Assembly (NCBI RefSeq): GCF_004010195.1
Contig: NC_057718.1
Coordinates: 21,364,735-21,428,734, forward strand
Source of the DNA: Chiloscyllium plagiosum
Taxonomy: Eukaryota
Reading direction: 5' to 3'
DNA: 64,000 nucleotides
This document shows, piece after piece, positions 1 through 14,185 of the stretch. How positions within the stretch are numbered: position 1 is the first letter of the stretch; each line of letters begins with the position of its first letter. The notes under the pieces were generated by a model, which saw nothing but the letters and a program-made list of their open reading frames with translations, was not told the origin of the DNA and searched no databases. Position numbers and translations under genes: made by a program.

Positions 1-958
1 GGGTTGCTGCCGCCGCAGCCACTCCCTCCCCCAGTAACATCAGTCACCTGCACAACGACCACGCCGCATGCGTCTCTGCCCCCACACCGATCTCCGTCAT
101 CACGCCTAACCCCGCCCCATGCCAATCTCCGTCACCACGCTTAACCCCGCCCCCACGCCCATCTCCGTCCCCGCCCCTACGCCCAACTCCGCCCCCACTC
201 CCAGCTCCCAGCCCTGCCGTGTTTTCACCATCCCTCCAGAACTACTCCTCTCTGAGGATGAAAGATCAGTCCTCAGCAGAGGCCTCACTTTCATTCAAAC
301 TCTCGGATTAATGACTTCAACATGCGGCGAGATATCGAACAATTCTTCCGCCGCCTTCGCCTCCGTGCCTACTTCTTCGACCAGGATTGTCGCCCACCCT
401 CTGACGACCCCTTCTCCTGGCTCCAACACACCCCATCCACCTGGACACCCCATGCTGGCCTCTTACCTGCCCTCGATCTCTTCATAGCCAACTGCCGCCG
501 CGACATTAACCACCTCAACCTCTCCACCCCTCTCACCCATTCCAACCTCTCACTCTCGGAACGTGCAGCCCTCCACTCCCTCCATTCCAACCCCAACCTC
601 ACTATCAAACCGGCAGACAAGGGAGGCGCGGTAGTAGTTTGGCGCACCGCTGAGGCTAAACACCAGCTCGCGGACACCTCCTCCAACTGCCCCCTTGACC
701 ATGACCCCCCCTCCCACCACCAAACCATCATCTCCCAGACCATCCATAACCTCATCACCTCAGGGGATCTCCCATCCACCGCCTCCAACCTCAGTCCCAC
801 AACCCCGCACCGCCCGTTTCTACCTCCTGCCCAAAATCCACAAACCTGACTGCCCCGGCCGACCCATAGTCTCAGCCTGCTCCTGCCCGACTGAACTCAT
901 CTCTGCATACCTTGGCACGGTCCTGCCCCCTTAGTCAAGAACTCCCCACCTACGTTCG
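1..958 (+). mobile_element. Penelope-like retroelement, frameshifted N-terminal/RT fragment
   Basis: ORFs 322-849 and 695-934 give [26 protein letters not shown] and [32 protein letters not shown], motifs typical of PLE reverse transcriptases; frameshifts and stops present. Confidence 0.85.
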
Positions 959-1472
959 TGTGGTGTAAAATTATGTCCCAATACATGTGTGAATCATAAT
1001 GTAACACATGTATTGGGCCAAGCAGTGGAATGTGGTGAAAGGGTTAAAATTGTGTCCCAATACGTGTGTGAATCTAACCGAAAATGGAAGGTGTCGCTTA
1101 GTCCCGTGTGAATCTTATTACACACCTTCCCGTGTGAATCTTCTTATCTGTATGTGACCAGAATGGAATGTGTTTTTCAGCCTTGCTCTGCTGTTCACAT
1201 GAATGTTTAGATCTCGAAAAGAGTATATCAGCTGGAAAAGTCTCCAGTTCGGTAGAGTCTGCTCCGGGGTTGCGTTTAACCGCCGAGCGTGGGTTGTTGG
1301 CAACCGCTCTACGAGAACTGACGGCTCCCAGTTCCGGTAACACGTAGAGTGAGTATAAACCAGACCCGTTGTAAGTACGAGACCTGGTTGAGGCGACACT
1401 GCGGGGAATAAAATACTCATATTCTAGCAAACTCGTCTCTTAGTTCTTTTCTCCTGTTCTGTGTCAGACTAC
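959..1472 (+). mobile_element. Probable solo LTR interrupting the Penelope element
   Basis: Begins TGTGGTG; TATA-like GAGTATAAA at 1351, AATAAA at about 1407, pyrimidine-rich U5-like end (GACTACT); CpG-rich relative to flanks; first ~37 bp repeated at 1031; no clean TSD. Confidence 0.5.
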
Positions 1473-1489
1473 TTTCCTGCGAGCCTGGT

Positions 1490-1841
1490 CCTTGACCTTG
1501 AATTTTTTTTTAAAACACAGACACACACACACACGCAACCCCTCACAGACTGAAGACACTACACGCACACACATATACACACTCTCACACTCACAAGCCC
1601 CCAACCCAGACAGACAGAGACACACGTACGCACAGACACAAAGACCCACATGCACACATATATGTTTACGGGGTGAATTTGTACTTGCAGAGTTACATTG
1701 TACTTTGCTCAAAAACTGCATGAATTCATGTAAAACTCTTATCTCACTTTTTAGATTAGAATCAATCTAAACATCAGGTCATAGACAGGGAACACAGGGG
1801 CTAACACCTTCAACATATTGTCTACCTATCACCATTGTTAA
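1490..1841 (+). repeat. Internal fragment of the PLE-derived family seen at 4789-5689, with (CA)n-rich tract
   Basis: GTGAATTTGTACTTGCAGA..TTTGCTCAAAAACTGCATGAAT at about 1673-1725 recurs at about 5207-5260. Confidence 0.7.
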
Positions 1842-2464
1842 NNNNNNNNNNNNNNNNNNNNNNNNNNNNNNNNNNNNNNNNNNNNNNNNNNNNNNNNNNN
1901 NNNNNNNNNNNNNNNNNNNNNNNNNNNNNNNNNNNNNNNNNNNNNNNNNNNNNNNNNNNNNNNNNNNNNNNNNNNNNNNNNNNNNNNNNNNNNNNNNNNN
2001 NNNNNNNNNNNNNNNNNNNNNNNNNNNNNNNNNNNNNNNNNNNNNNNNNNNNNNNNNNNNNNNNNNNNNNNNNNNNNNNNNNNNNNNNNNNNNNNNNNNN
2101 NNNNNNNNNNNNNNNNNNNNNNNNNNNNNNNNNNNNNNNNNNNNNNNNNNNNNNNNNNNNNNNNNNNNNNNNNNNNNNNNNNNNNNNNNNNNNNNNNNNN
2201 NNNNNNNNNNNNNNNNNNNNNNNNNNNNNNNNNNNNNNNNNNNNNNNNNNNNNNNNNNNNNNNNNNNNNNNNNNNNNNNNNNNNNNNNNNNNNNNNNNNN
2301 NNNNNNNNNNNNNNNNNNNNNNNNNNNNNNNNNNNNNNNNNNNNNNNNNNNNNNNNNNNNNNNNNNNNNNNNNNNNNNNNNNNNNNNNNNNNNNNNNNNN
2401 NNNNNNNNNNNNNNNNNNNNNNNNNNNNNNNNNNNNNNNNNNNNNNNNNNNNNNNNNNNNNNNN
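1842..2464. other. Assembly gap (N run)
   Basis: Ns in sequence. Confidence 1.
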
Positions 2465-2812
2465 CTCCAACCACAAGGGATGAACTCGGATTTCTCCAGT
2501 TTCCTCATTTCCCCTCCCCTCACCTGGTCTCAGTCAAATCCCTCGAACTCAGCACTGCCTTCCTAACCTGCAATCTTCTTCCTGACCTCTCCACGCCCAC
2601 CCCCACTCTGGCCTATCACCCTCATCTTGACCTCCCTCCACCTATCGCATTTCCAACGCCCCTCCCCAAAGCCCCTCCTCCCTACCTTTTATCTTAGCCT
2701 GCTGGACACACTTTCCTCATTCCTGAAGAAGGGCTCATGCCCAAAACGTCGATTCTCCTGCTCCTTCGATGCTGCCTGACCTGCTGCGCCTTTCCAGCAA
2801 CACATTTTCAGC
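2465..2812 (+). mobile_element. 3' end/terminal repeat of a Penelope-like element (family A) with a degenerate hammerhead motif at 2719-2754
   Basis: C-rich 3' region then ATTC-CTGAAGA-A-GGGC-TCAT-GCCC-AAAA-CGTC-GATT and tail GATGCTGCCTGACCTGCTG, shared with 18180-18635 and 36121-36395. Confidence 0.75.
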
Positions 2813-4788
2813 AATGTTAGTAGTACCTGACTGCTCTAATGTAATGAAATACATCTTGTCGCCTCCCCTTGTTAGACTACTAAGTGGTTTTCCTCTACCA
2901 TACTAGACCAGTCAGGCACTTTAGATTTCAGCCTAAAAGCAGAATGGAGGCAGCAAATCTGATCTACCTGTCACCTAGGTAAGTGGGATAAGGATGCATC
3001 ACAATACAGGGAGAGCAGACGGGCACTGTCAGTTTTGTGGGTATAGAAATGCTGAAGTAGCAATGTAAAATATCATAGACAACAGAATATTAAATAGTTA
3101 CAGCATGGGCACAGCTCACAAAGGTTTAATATTCTGCGACCTTTTAGGCTACTTGATTCCAAGCAGCTTAAGCATTTACCAGAAATAAAGCAGAAACTCA
3201 TGCCAATAGTTTCACCCATCTATAAATGAACATACTTACAATTATGGTGTGTGCACAAACAAATGATATATAACATGTTTTTAGCTATAAAAGCTGAACT
3301 ATTTATCCACTTGCAGGTCATGCTCGAATTGAGGAAAGCAGTGTACTAAGGTCATCTCTCTCCTGGGATCCAGTTAAGTAAATAATGCATGAAACATTAA
3401 TGTTGCTATGGGAGTATTAGAATTAAAACATGAAAGACTCAAATTTTAAGATAAATTGGTTGCAAGTGGTCTTCAGTCTCGGCGTTATCTAGCTTTGCCT
3501 TGCACTCAACACATATACACCAAGGCAAGATTACGAAACAAGGACTTTATCAGTAAATATTGAAGTAGTCCAATAAATTGGTAAGTGGCTTTAACAGAGG
3601 TCAGATCCACTTCCAGCTTATCTCCCAAAAGAGGGCAATTATTAAAACATTTCAATATTTCACACAACAGCCAAGAATCAACCACCGCCCCAACCCTTTT
3701 GAAGTGAAAAGCAGTAGTGTTTAATCATTTGACCTTCTCAGCTCAGAATTTAAAAGCTGAGACTTCTTCAGAGTTACAAGGAAATTTGGATGATGAAATA
3801 AACCCACTTTAATACAATACAGGATTCTTTTAAGTATAAAATTGTGGCATCTGATGGCTTGACAGAAATATGAAACGCTTATGCAACGCTATTCTTTACT
3901 ACATCAAAATCAAAAATATTTCCATTATATTTACAATATATTTTACACAATATATTGTCATTCTCTGTAACAATGGAGTTAAATAGCCCTCTACGAAGTA
4001 TGAAAGTTTAAACTCAGACAAAATGATATTCTATAATCTGTATATGCTTTATTAAAAATTTACAAGAGTATTACTTTTTACTGACATGCAGGTTAGCATG
4101 TTCACGTATCTCAAATCAAATACTTATCCTGATAAAGTATAATGGAAACGATTTATATCTACTTTGCTTGGCAACACTATGCTGTGTCTGGCTGATGAGC
4201 TCCAAAACAGCAATAATTTTACAACATATGTAAATACTTTAGTGTACTGAAAAATTCAACACTCCATTTTCCAAGTACATTCTGAAAGCTTTTAATAACT
4301 CTTCTGTCAACTCACTTCAGGACAACTAAAAAGCAAGTCATGTAAATACCTCACACTGCAGTTAATATTCCTGATGATTTACCAACCTTTACAACATAAC
4401 AGCAGAAGAACCAGTTTAAGCTTTGGTACAACGAAAAGCTCTCTTCACTAAAGTGAATAAATCTCTGCCATTTCTATTTATTTCAAATCAACCATCTTTA
4501 AAATAAGGCTTTTATCAAAGATATTTGCATCTTTATCTCTCAGAATCAAGTAATAAATCACAATTTTATTGAATCAAATAGGGATCTAGCAGAGATGCTA
4601 CGTTCTTTGCTTTTATATAGATTCTACATAAAAGCAAAAAACCGTATTAGAAGTATTTTTACTATTCTCCCAACACCCCTCCCCAAATGCATGCAACAGC
4701 ATTGAGGCAGGGTGGGGAAGTGAATTTGGAAAAATAGGAAACTCAATCCTCGCCTGTTAGGAAAATACCTACTTTAAGTTTTACACAG

Positions 4789-5689
4789 TTAAAAATCACA
4801 GACCGGGTTGTAGTTCAACAGGTTTATTTGGAAGCACGAGCTTTTGGAGCGCTGCTCCTTCATCAGGTGGTTGTGAAGTACAAGATTGTAGGACACAGAA
4901 TTTAAAGCAAAAGTTTAAAGTATGATGTAACTGAAATTATACATTGAAAAAGATCTGGATTGTTTGTCAAGTCTCATCTGTTAGAATGGGCATATTAGTT
5001 TCAATTCTTTCATTAGTAAATTCCAGAACCAGTTCAGTACCAATGGGGATGGCTTCAACTGGGACCTTAGGTTCATGTCACACTACAGGTAACCCCACTG
5101 AACCCCACATACACACAAAAGCTCTCTCTCCCACACTCTCACAGACGTATACCCTTTACACTCACTCACACACACACCCTCGCGCATACACATACAAGTT
5201 TGTGGTGTGAATTTGTACTTGCAGAATTACATTTTATTTTGCTCAAAAACTGCATGAATCCATGTAAGATTCTGTAAATCCCTGTTTTAGATTAGAAACA
5301 GTCTGAACATTGCGACACAGACAGCGTCACACAAGGCACCTCACACCTTCAATGCACTCTCTAGGCCAACATGGCACCAATTGTTAAAGTTCACTTGAGA
5401 ATGTAACTTTGAGAAAGTTCTGGAATTTACATATGAAAGAATGAAACAAACATGTCCATTCTAAAAGTTGAGAGACTTAAACAATCCAGGTCTTTTTCAA
5501 TATATAATTTCAATTACTTCACGTTTGCTATAAATTCTGTGTCCTACGATCTTATATTCCACAACCACCCGATGAAGGAGTAGCACTCCAAAAGCTAGTG
5601 ATTCCAAATAAACCTGTTGGACTATAATCTGGTGTTGTGTGATTTTTAACTTTGTACACCACAGTCCAACACTGGTACCACCAAATCGC
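4789..5689. mobile_element. Non-autonomous PLE-derived element (family B) with long inverted termini and 13-bp TSD
   Basis: About 4789-5030 is the reverse complement of about 5410-5650; AAGTTTTACACAG at 4776-4788 and 5690-5702; degenerate hammerhead motifs at 4835-4869 (-) and 5566-5600 (+). Confidence 0.8.
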
Positions 5690-8159
5690 AAGTTTTACAC
5701 AGCAGGTTTGGGGTTGGTGGAGTACCCATTCTGGAGAGATAAATGTGTAATTATCACTTTTAAATGAGGCTGTGGCATCAGATATTGGTATCAGTTTGAA
5801 TTCAAGAACAGCTGACTACCTTTGTCAATGCTTGGGAACTCAGTAGCTAAAAAAAAAAGAGTAGGGAGCAATCAGCTGAAGAAAGCAACTGCTTTTGATC
5901 ACTGCTGTGGAGCAGTAGGAAGTATGCTATATCATAGCATCTCCTCACAAACAAACTTGGCATGTTCAGCAATGCCTCCAAATCTATTCCTATTGCTACT
6001 CTTCTCAGTTCCAAGGACTGTCACAAACTCCAGTAACTGCAGGCTTTCCAATCCCACAGCCAAATGTCAAGCCAAAATTGAAAATTTTAAAATTCTGTCA
6101 GTATCTACCACTAAGTTTGGTGGGATTGTGATAGACTTGATACTTCTAAGTTTTGGCTGGCACTTCCAACCCTTCCCAACAAATATCAGGACAGGTAACT
6201 GCTTTGAATTATTTTTGTAGAAGAAGTCATTCAGTTGACTGTATGATATGCTAATAAGACAACATACATCACAAAAAATGATGCAACGCCACATTAACTT
6301 AATTTTTCTTGCAACCTGGTAACATGAAGAAGCCACAGTAAGATGTTTCTCAAATAAAAGTTAAATGCTTTTCTGACCTCAGCATATTCTGTAAAATACT
6401 CTTTAACAGCACAATGATACCTACAATATTATGGTTATATCCATGACTTTAAACAAATCTTAAAGTTTGTTCATTAACTGTCATCAATTGCATGGAGGAA
6501 TGATGCCAAGACTTCTACAAAACAGAATATTGCTATCAACAGAAAAGGATTTAAATAAATAGATCCAGCATTATGCAAATATGTAAATTTTAATTCATTT
6601 GTAGTAAGTGTGAATCACTGAGTCAGCAAATAACAATCAGTTTCAACATAAATTGAAGGCTGTTAAACATTTGTATTAAAATTTTAATAAAGCTGGCAAG
6701 TCAAAATGGACTATGGTTCCATGATAGCAACCCTCCAATGAAATCAAGAGATTGTGGATTAAAACCCATTCACAGCACATCATTCATGATAACTTCCCTT
6801 TCCTTAGTACTGAAAAAACTATGGAGATGGGTGTTTAACAGTGTGTGGAATATGTGAAGAGAACACAGGAGGCAAACACGATAAGTCCACCCTTGACATG
6901 CAGATTCAGTACATTTTAATTGTAAATGACAAAAAACTATGTACACTCTCTTCAATCCTGTGTCTGCAACCCACTCTTTATACATTCTGCCTTCAGCACC
7001 TCCTTCCCAAATTATTATTTCCTGCATGTCTTCAGTTCTCTGATCTTGTGTTTTTATGATTCATTCTGGAGTGGTTTTCAATCACCATGCACTTGCCTGA
7101 CCTTTCCCCCACTTGTCCAAACTTAGCCCCGCCCTTGTTCTCTCTATTCTGGCTCTACACTGATACCCTGCTCCTGCTCACCCATATTGTAAGCTACATC
7201 CATTTGCCAGAGCCAATTAATTCTACGTGAATTTCAGTGCTGCTACTGACCAATTTAGAACTTATCTACCAGTAACAGCAGCAAAGGCAGCTCTTAAAAT
7301 TCAGAGATTAAATTGACTGTAATAGAAATACATTTTATAATGTTGTAAACATGCATAGTACATTTAAAAATTCCTTCTCAACTCCAGAAAATCTCCAGCT
7401 CTCAGTTAAGGTGTGCTCACCCCAAATAAATGTTTGCCCACAGTCCTGAACAGGATTTATCCTAGGCAAATATAACCAACATAGCCAAACATATTTCTTA
7501 AATTTTGGGGGTCCTTGCCATTCACAAAATTGCTGCAGCATTTGTCTACAAAATAGTGACTGCAGTTTGAAAGGAATGTTGTGGCTGATACAAAGATAAC
7601 ATACTGTATGAGATGTGTTACATAAAACCAGGTTCAGATTAGTAATCTATAAATTAAATTTCTTTACACCTGCCATTTCACTCACAGATGTTGCAATACA
7701 AACACACATCCATTCAAATTCAAACAAAAATGCCCCATGGAGCAAAGACCCTTTAAGGCTTAAATATTTTTATTGCTTTTATTTCTGTCCCTCAGCTATA
7801 CGATATCCTAAACTGAGAAGGCATGCTTCCAGACCTCCAGCAATGGGATTAGGAAGCATGCAATAAAAAAGATCTTGCATTTACTCAGCACCTTTCACAA
7901 TCACAAGTTGCCCCAAAATGTTTTCCAGACAAAAAAAAATACAACTCACGATAAGTGGTCCATGGATTTTTCTTTGCACGGAGACAGTATTCAATTTACA
8001 TTTTTCCTTGTTTCTCTATTCTCCCCCTCAAGGTTTTGAACTCTGGGTATGGGGAAATACAGCTCACCATCAAATGTACTTCATTGCTGTGATTTGTAAT
8101 ATTTTCATCCATGCACTGTATTACCTGTCCCACAACAGTTTTTGGACACTATGAAAATT

Positions 8160-8690
8160 TAGGAATAATAATAAAAGGCAATTTCACTGACAATTTGAAA
8201 CAGAAGACTGATGAACAAAAAAATGGGGTACAGAGGGGGCTTGCCAGGAGCATACCAGGGATAGGGGACTTCAGTTATGTAGAGATTATGGTGAATAATA
8301 TTGCTTTCCTGAGGGCAGACCTAGCTTAAATTTTGAAAACTATAAAGGCTTTAGATACTTTGTTCCTACTTGCTCTATTTACTCTGACAATGAAGTCATA
8401 GACCTAAAGTAATAATTAGCAATAGAACTGGTGGGGTAATGAGAAATTTCTTTACAGAGGTTTAAGATCACAAACGCACTGCCTAAATGCATAGTGAAAT
8501 TAGATTTCATAACTGTTAAAAGGTTACTGAATGTGTACATGAAGAGGTTTGATTTGCAAGGTTACAAAGCAAAACACAGAAACATAAATAGGGTAATAAT
8601 ACTAAACTGGACAAGTTTTTCAAATAGCCAGGACTGGCACAATAACATTAAAGACAGCTAATATTTTTGTAGGCATTACATGATTCTCAA
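8160..8690 (+). mobile_element. Old CR1 LINE 3' fragment
   Basis: Degenerate match to the CR1 RT C-terminus/3'UTR seen in younger copies in this window (GGTACAGAGG..ATACCAGGGAT; GCACTGCCT..). Confidence 0.55.
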
Positions 8691-8713
8691 GAACAGTTAT
8701 GATTATTACAAGC

Positions 8714-9088
8714 CAGTGTCCCGTAAGGATCTATCCTGAACCACTCAAAAATCTCTCAGACACAAGTGTCAGGTTCCATATGTAAACTAATGACAACCGG
8801 CTCTAACTCAGCACCACCTTTCTTGCCTCTGCCATGGTCTTTACTGCCCATCTGATTCTAATGTTAGAAGAGCGGAAAGTTCCTCCATCTAAAAACACCA
8901 CGAATACCAGAATCATCGTCTTCCGTCCCAACCACAAACTTTATTCTCCAACCACTGACTCCATCCAATTCATTGTCAACTGTCCGTGACATAACCAAAT
9001 TATTTCCAACTTTGGTGTTATTCTTGACTCCATGATAAGCTTTCAGCTAAATGTATACCCATTACTAAAGACCACCTATTTTCTATTA
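8714..9088 (+). mobile_element. L2 LINE RT fragment
   Basis: Degenerate GVPQGSIL (agtgtcccgtaaggatctatcctg) and FHMYADDTQL (ttccatatgtaaactaatgacaaccggctc) coding remnants. Confidence 0.55.
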
Positions 9089-12000
9089 TGTTGGTGCTTC
9101 CTTTGCAACAAGGAATTATATACCAGGTAGACAAACAGTAAATCCTAACAGGAATACTTTACTTACAATGCTCACAGCTTCACAGATAGTTCTAGACTGG
9201 ACCCAAACTCTATCCCCGGGTCACCTGACCAGCTCTCTGAAAGGTGCAGTATCTCCAATTACATACATAACACCCCTCCACCTTTATTTCAGAACTCCCA
9301 TTAATAAACATATACACAATTATAGCCATTATACGAGCATTGTAGCTAACATGTATACATCAGCACAAATATATACAATATGGGAAAAAAAATTACCCTG
9401 CCATAGTCTACAATCACATGATCAATCTCTCAGTAGATGGCAATTCTCAAAGACCATATCCTCATCTCAGGAAAGCTTTATAGTGTAATCTCCCTGGCTT
9501 CAAGAAGCTCTTGTTATTCCAGAGGTATGTCCTTCTTTGATTGGCTGTTGTTGCCCCAGGATGCTATTGTCTCTTCCCTAGATATAGCCAACCCCAGTTT
9601 GAAGTCATATGACCTAATAAAGACAACTAGTCCCATCTGGACCCGCTCAATGTTCTGAGGTACTTCTCCTTCCCCCAGCTCCATTGTAAGGTTCAGCAAC
9701 CTGCCAGTCCACGTGTCTCCTCAACATCAGTTTATCCCTCGACTGTATCACACGTGACAACAATCCTGTTTGAGCCACCACGACTGCTGGAGATCCACTT
9801 TTGCTCAGACATATAATTCTGGGCTAACCACCATTTCTTTTCTTTGGAATATCCTTGATCTGGAGATTCCCATCCTTTGCGCATATGTCTTCCTTAATTT
9901 CGCTCAATCACCTCTCTGGTCTCTTCACGCTGCTGTAAGTCAAACATGGTTCTTAGCTCATGGTTGAACATGAAGGACACTGGCAAGTATTGGGTAGTTA
10001 CATGTGGCATGTTCCTGTACATGCGGAGGAAGCTGTTGATTTGCAGTCCGAGAAACCTCTCCCCTTGTGAAGCCTTTAAGGCCTCTTCAAGATTTGAACA
10101 AATTTCTCTGCCTGGGTGTTTGTCACAAGGTGATGCAATGCAGATCTCACTAACTCAGTGATTTTCCAGGTACTCCTCAAACTCTAAACCATTGTCACTC
10201 ACAAACCTGGGAAATATTTCAACTAGTCGGTCTACCTTTGCTTCCACTGATACTGAATTCATGATTGCCATCACGGGCCACTTGCAGTGGGCATCCATAA
10301 CCACATGTGGCATCTGTCCCTCTGTCAGTCCCACGAAATCGACGTGAATTCTCTGACATGGTGTTTGAGGCCATTACCATGAGTGAAGGGGTAATAAAAC
10401 GATGCCTTTATTACTAATGCACCAAGATTTGCATGATCCTGCTTTCTCCTCAATCTGGAAGTCCACATTTGGCCACCAAAAGAAGCTCCTTGATTCCCAT
10501 CATGCCAGGGTGCCTCTGGTTCACTTCTTCCTGCACCTTTCCTCTTAACAGGGGAGGCATAACAACTCTCTTCCCATATTAAGCACATGTTCAACACAGA
10601 CAACTCCCACCATCTGGGCAGTTAAAGCGTAAATCTGGGCGATTTCCATGACTGGACCTCCCTTTCAAGAGGAAGTCCACTATTGGCTCAACCAGGTCAT
10701 TCCATATAGCATTCCACACCTGATTCACTGACACTGGCACCTTATCATCCTGTGAAAAGCACATTAATTTTCACGTTCCAGTCAAAAATGCCTTTACTCC
10801 CTGGTAGTGGCAGCCTTGACATGGCATCTGCATAGCCATTCTTCTCTGTCTGTCAGTATTTGATCCCATATGAGTAGGCTGATAACAGCCAGTGCAGGCA
10901 CGCTGCCACCTTTGACAACATCCTCGTATGTGGGAAAAAAAATGGATGATCTGTGTTTGGTCAGTAGCACAAAGTGCCTGCTGTAAAGGAAATGTGTGAA
11001 CTTCTTAATGCCAATAATACCCAATCCTTCTTTTTCAACTGCAGTACAATTCTCCTCCATCTTCATTATTGGCCTTGATGCAAACGTGATAGGCCTTTCC
11101 TCTCCATTCAGTAAGACGTGCAACAGTACAATGCCAACCCCATAAGATGAGGTGTCAAATGCCAACTGTGGTAGCAACTTCAGGTTGAAATGCGTTAATA
11201 ATTCTGACCTTTTGCTTCACCTCCTGGTAAGACACCTCACATTCCTGGGTCCATTTCTATGGCTGCCCTTTTCCCAGCAACCAATGCAGGGTTTCAGCAT
11301 GGTTGTTAAATCAGAAACGAACTTGTTCCAAGAATAATCTTAGTTGAGACATAGTCTCTGATCTAAGCCTTCATGATATCCTCTGTTTCCTAGGGCACCT
11401 TTTTTATAGTCTTCCACTCTACTTTGTGTAAAACCCCGAAACAATTAATCAGTTTCACTCCATATCAATAATATGTTTAACTGAGACTCTGCTGACTCTG
11501 GGCCATCCAATTCTAGCTGACGCCCTGTCTAACGGCCTGCTGTTGGCACTTACCTTATGCCTTGTCCTCAATACAAGGTTTCTTTCCGACTGCCCTTCTC
11601 TTGTTAGGGTTGTGCCTGGCAATTTCAGGCACTACGACCCACATCATTACAGCTGTGGCACTAGATTTCCGTCCAACATGTTGACTCATGGTCAATTTTG
11701 ACACATCAGCAGCATTCCTCAGTTGGCATCACACTCTGCCAAGTTTCTCCCAATTTTGAAAGCTGCTTTGAAATCCAAGTCTCTTCTTGTTTGTAGCTTC
11801 CATTGATGGCTTTGTATCAGAGACTATAAACCAAACCATCCCAAAAGGCATCTTAGAGAAACTCTCTGAATTCACAATGTTCTGCTAACCTCTTCCTGGC
11901 AGCCATGAATTAGACGATGGACTCTCTTTCATGCTGTAGCCATTTGTAAAAGTGGAAAAGTTCTGCAATCAGTGGCTTGGATGTCAAATAATTTCCTAAC

Positions 12001-12290
12001 ATTTCACAAAGCTCTTGGAATGTTTTCTCTGGTTTGTCAGACTCCTTAGAATTGCAAAGGTCTTGTTCCCAATGGCACTTAAATAAATTGGTATCATGAT
12101 GTCCTCAGCCACTTTGACGGCCTTTAAGAACAAATTAAGGCATTCCATGTGTAAAATCCAATTTTCTGACTCCTCAAAAAGTGGCTCCATCCCCTAATTT
12201 GGGCCACCATTTTGTTTTCAAAAAGAAGGAACAATTCGCTGACAACACAGCCATATCACTCATTCAGAACTACTTGATTGCTTGGTGGGC
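9089..12290 (-). mobile_element. Decayed Gypsy LTR retrotransposon (gag, RNase H, integrase remnants, PPT and 3' LTR at 9089-9272)
   Basis: Minus-strand gag-like EESENWILHMECLNLFLKA (11996-12190), RNase H LAFDTSSYGVGIVL..ERPITFASR (10794-11177), integrase remnants at about 10200-10600; purine tract AAAGGTGGAGGGG directly before a TGTTATG...CAACA LTR. Confidence 0.8.
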
Positions 12291-13829
12291 AAATGGGACA
12301 ATGTTTCTAGAAGTACAGAACATTTTATTTCACCGTGGACAACATTAAAGTACATATTTGAGCCAGTCATAAGACATTGCAAAACTTTAGATGTCACAAA
12401 TAGAAAACATCATGTCCTCAGAAATAAGGCTTTGTCTTTTTAAAGACAAGATCAACAAATTACACAGTAAGGTTGAGTTGTTCTTAATGGTAAACTAATC
12501 ATGTGTATGTTTTTCATGGGGCAGGGAAAAGCATCAATTTCGTAACATTTTGAGCAATTATCAAATTAGTACTAAATTCATATGTTGCAAAATTAGTCTG
12601 AAAATATCAGAGTTATTTCTCTGTTTTCTATCTGTTAGGTAAGAATATTGAGCAACTGCAATTAAGTTTTACAGTTTGGTTTACCCCACTATTATTGTCC
12701 TTCCTTTTATCCAAGCTCCCGAATAGAAACATAAACAACTTGTTGGCACAGAAGTCACATGGAGAAACCCAAAGTTCAAACTTGGAAAGTCAGTAAGTTT
12801 TCAGGCAAGACATTAGATGGAGTATTTTGTGTTAGCAGCATCTTTCTAGCTGACATACACACACCATAGGAACAGTGCTGCAAAATATTTCCACAAAGAT
12901 TTGCCTTCATATGCCTGAGGTTGTCCATGCAGGATGAAGTTCAGCTGTTAAACAGAACAAGTAGTATAGGTACAACAGTATTTTTCGTAATTATGTTGTA
13001 AAGTCCTTATCCCTGGATCAAGTTCAGAGTTGAAGTAATTACTGGGTCATAAACAGGTCACAACCTCTCATGTTTCTGTGAGCCCATGCATTACAAGTAA
13101 AACTGCAAGGTAAGCAGCGTGAGGAGATGAAGCTTGTAAAATCTATCTTAAGAACATTGCTTCAATAGGGATTTGTTGAGGATGACCAACACAAAATAAA
13201 ATGGCTAGACTTTCTAACACTCGATAACAGAAACATTTTTGTGAAACCATGAGTCTTTCTTTAGCTCTCTGTGTTAATCAGTTTATGCTTCTAAAAGAAT
13301 GTTTAACTAAAGGATGCAAAAGTAAACTTACTAGCACAAACCTTACTTTTAAGGAGACACTATCAGGAAAATTGTGGCTGCACCAACTTCTGCAAGTAGA
13401 AGGGTGTCAATTCAAAAGGTATGAATTTGACAGATCTAAAGAACTAATCGAAGTAACTGCATCTATTTAAAATCTCTAACTCTGGTCAACGTTGTAGCTA
13501 ATTCTCAGCGTGGATTTAACACTGTCTTAACAGATTTGCTATCTATTTTGTCTATTAATAATTTTCTACTCAACTTTGAAGCAACTCTGATTATTTATGA
13601 ATATATATTGTGCCTGCATACCTAACTTTAACACAGATTTGTTATCGATGAAGTGTTTAGTTCATGAAAATAGATTAGCAGACACAATAAATGGGAACCC
13701 AAAGTCATTTATAAATCAAAAAGACTAGTTAAGAAGGAACTAGTCGATTCAAAAAAGGGGGAAGGGAGATAGTTCAGGACAAAAGTCATTTGACCTTCAG
13801 TAAAATATAGTGACACACTTGAAATTCAG

Positions 13830-14185
13830 CATATATTCAATATAAAGAAAATGGTGTTTGACCAACTTTATTGTGGGCTGGAGCCCAAAGCGGGTGTACA
13901 GCGAGCACAGGTTGGCCAGGGGAACCAGTCCTGAAGCCTCGTGTGCATGGATTGTGAGAAAAGGACTATAATTTGAGTACTTTAAAGATAAATTAAAATG
14001 TATCATTCTGGACCTTTTAAAACTCTGTATTCCCACACTACTTCCTTTACTATTGCAATTCCGTAACAACACTCAAAGTATCTGTACCTCGGTACTCTAC
14101 CTGAGATGGCGCCAAGAGGTGACATTAGAAAATTTCAGTGCACTAATTTAAGTATACTTGATAATAAAGGTTATTCTATTCTACT
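13830..14185 (+). repeat. Short non-autonomous retroposon with Rex1/Babar-like tail
   Basis: 3' part GTACCT..GATGGCGCC..AATAAAGGTTATTCTATTCTA resembles 27450-27562. Confidence 0.45.

Noticed and set aside
1779..2566. Long ORFs across the first gap
   Set aside because: Artefacts of N runs
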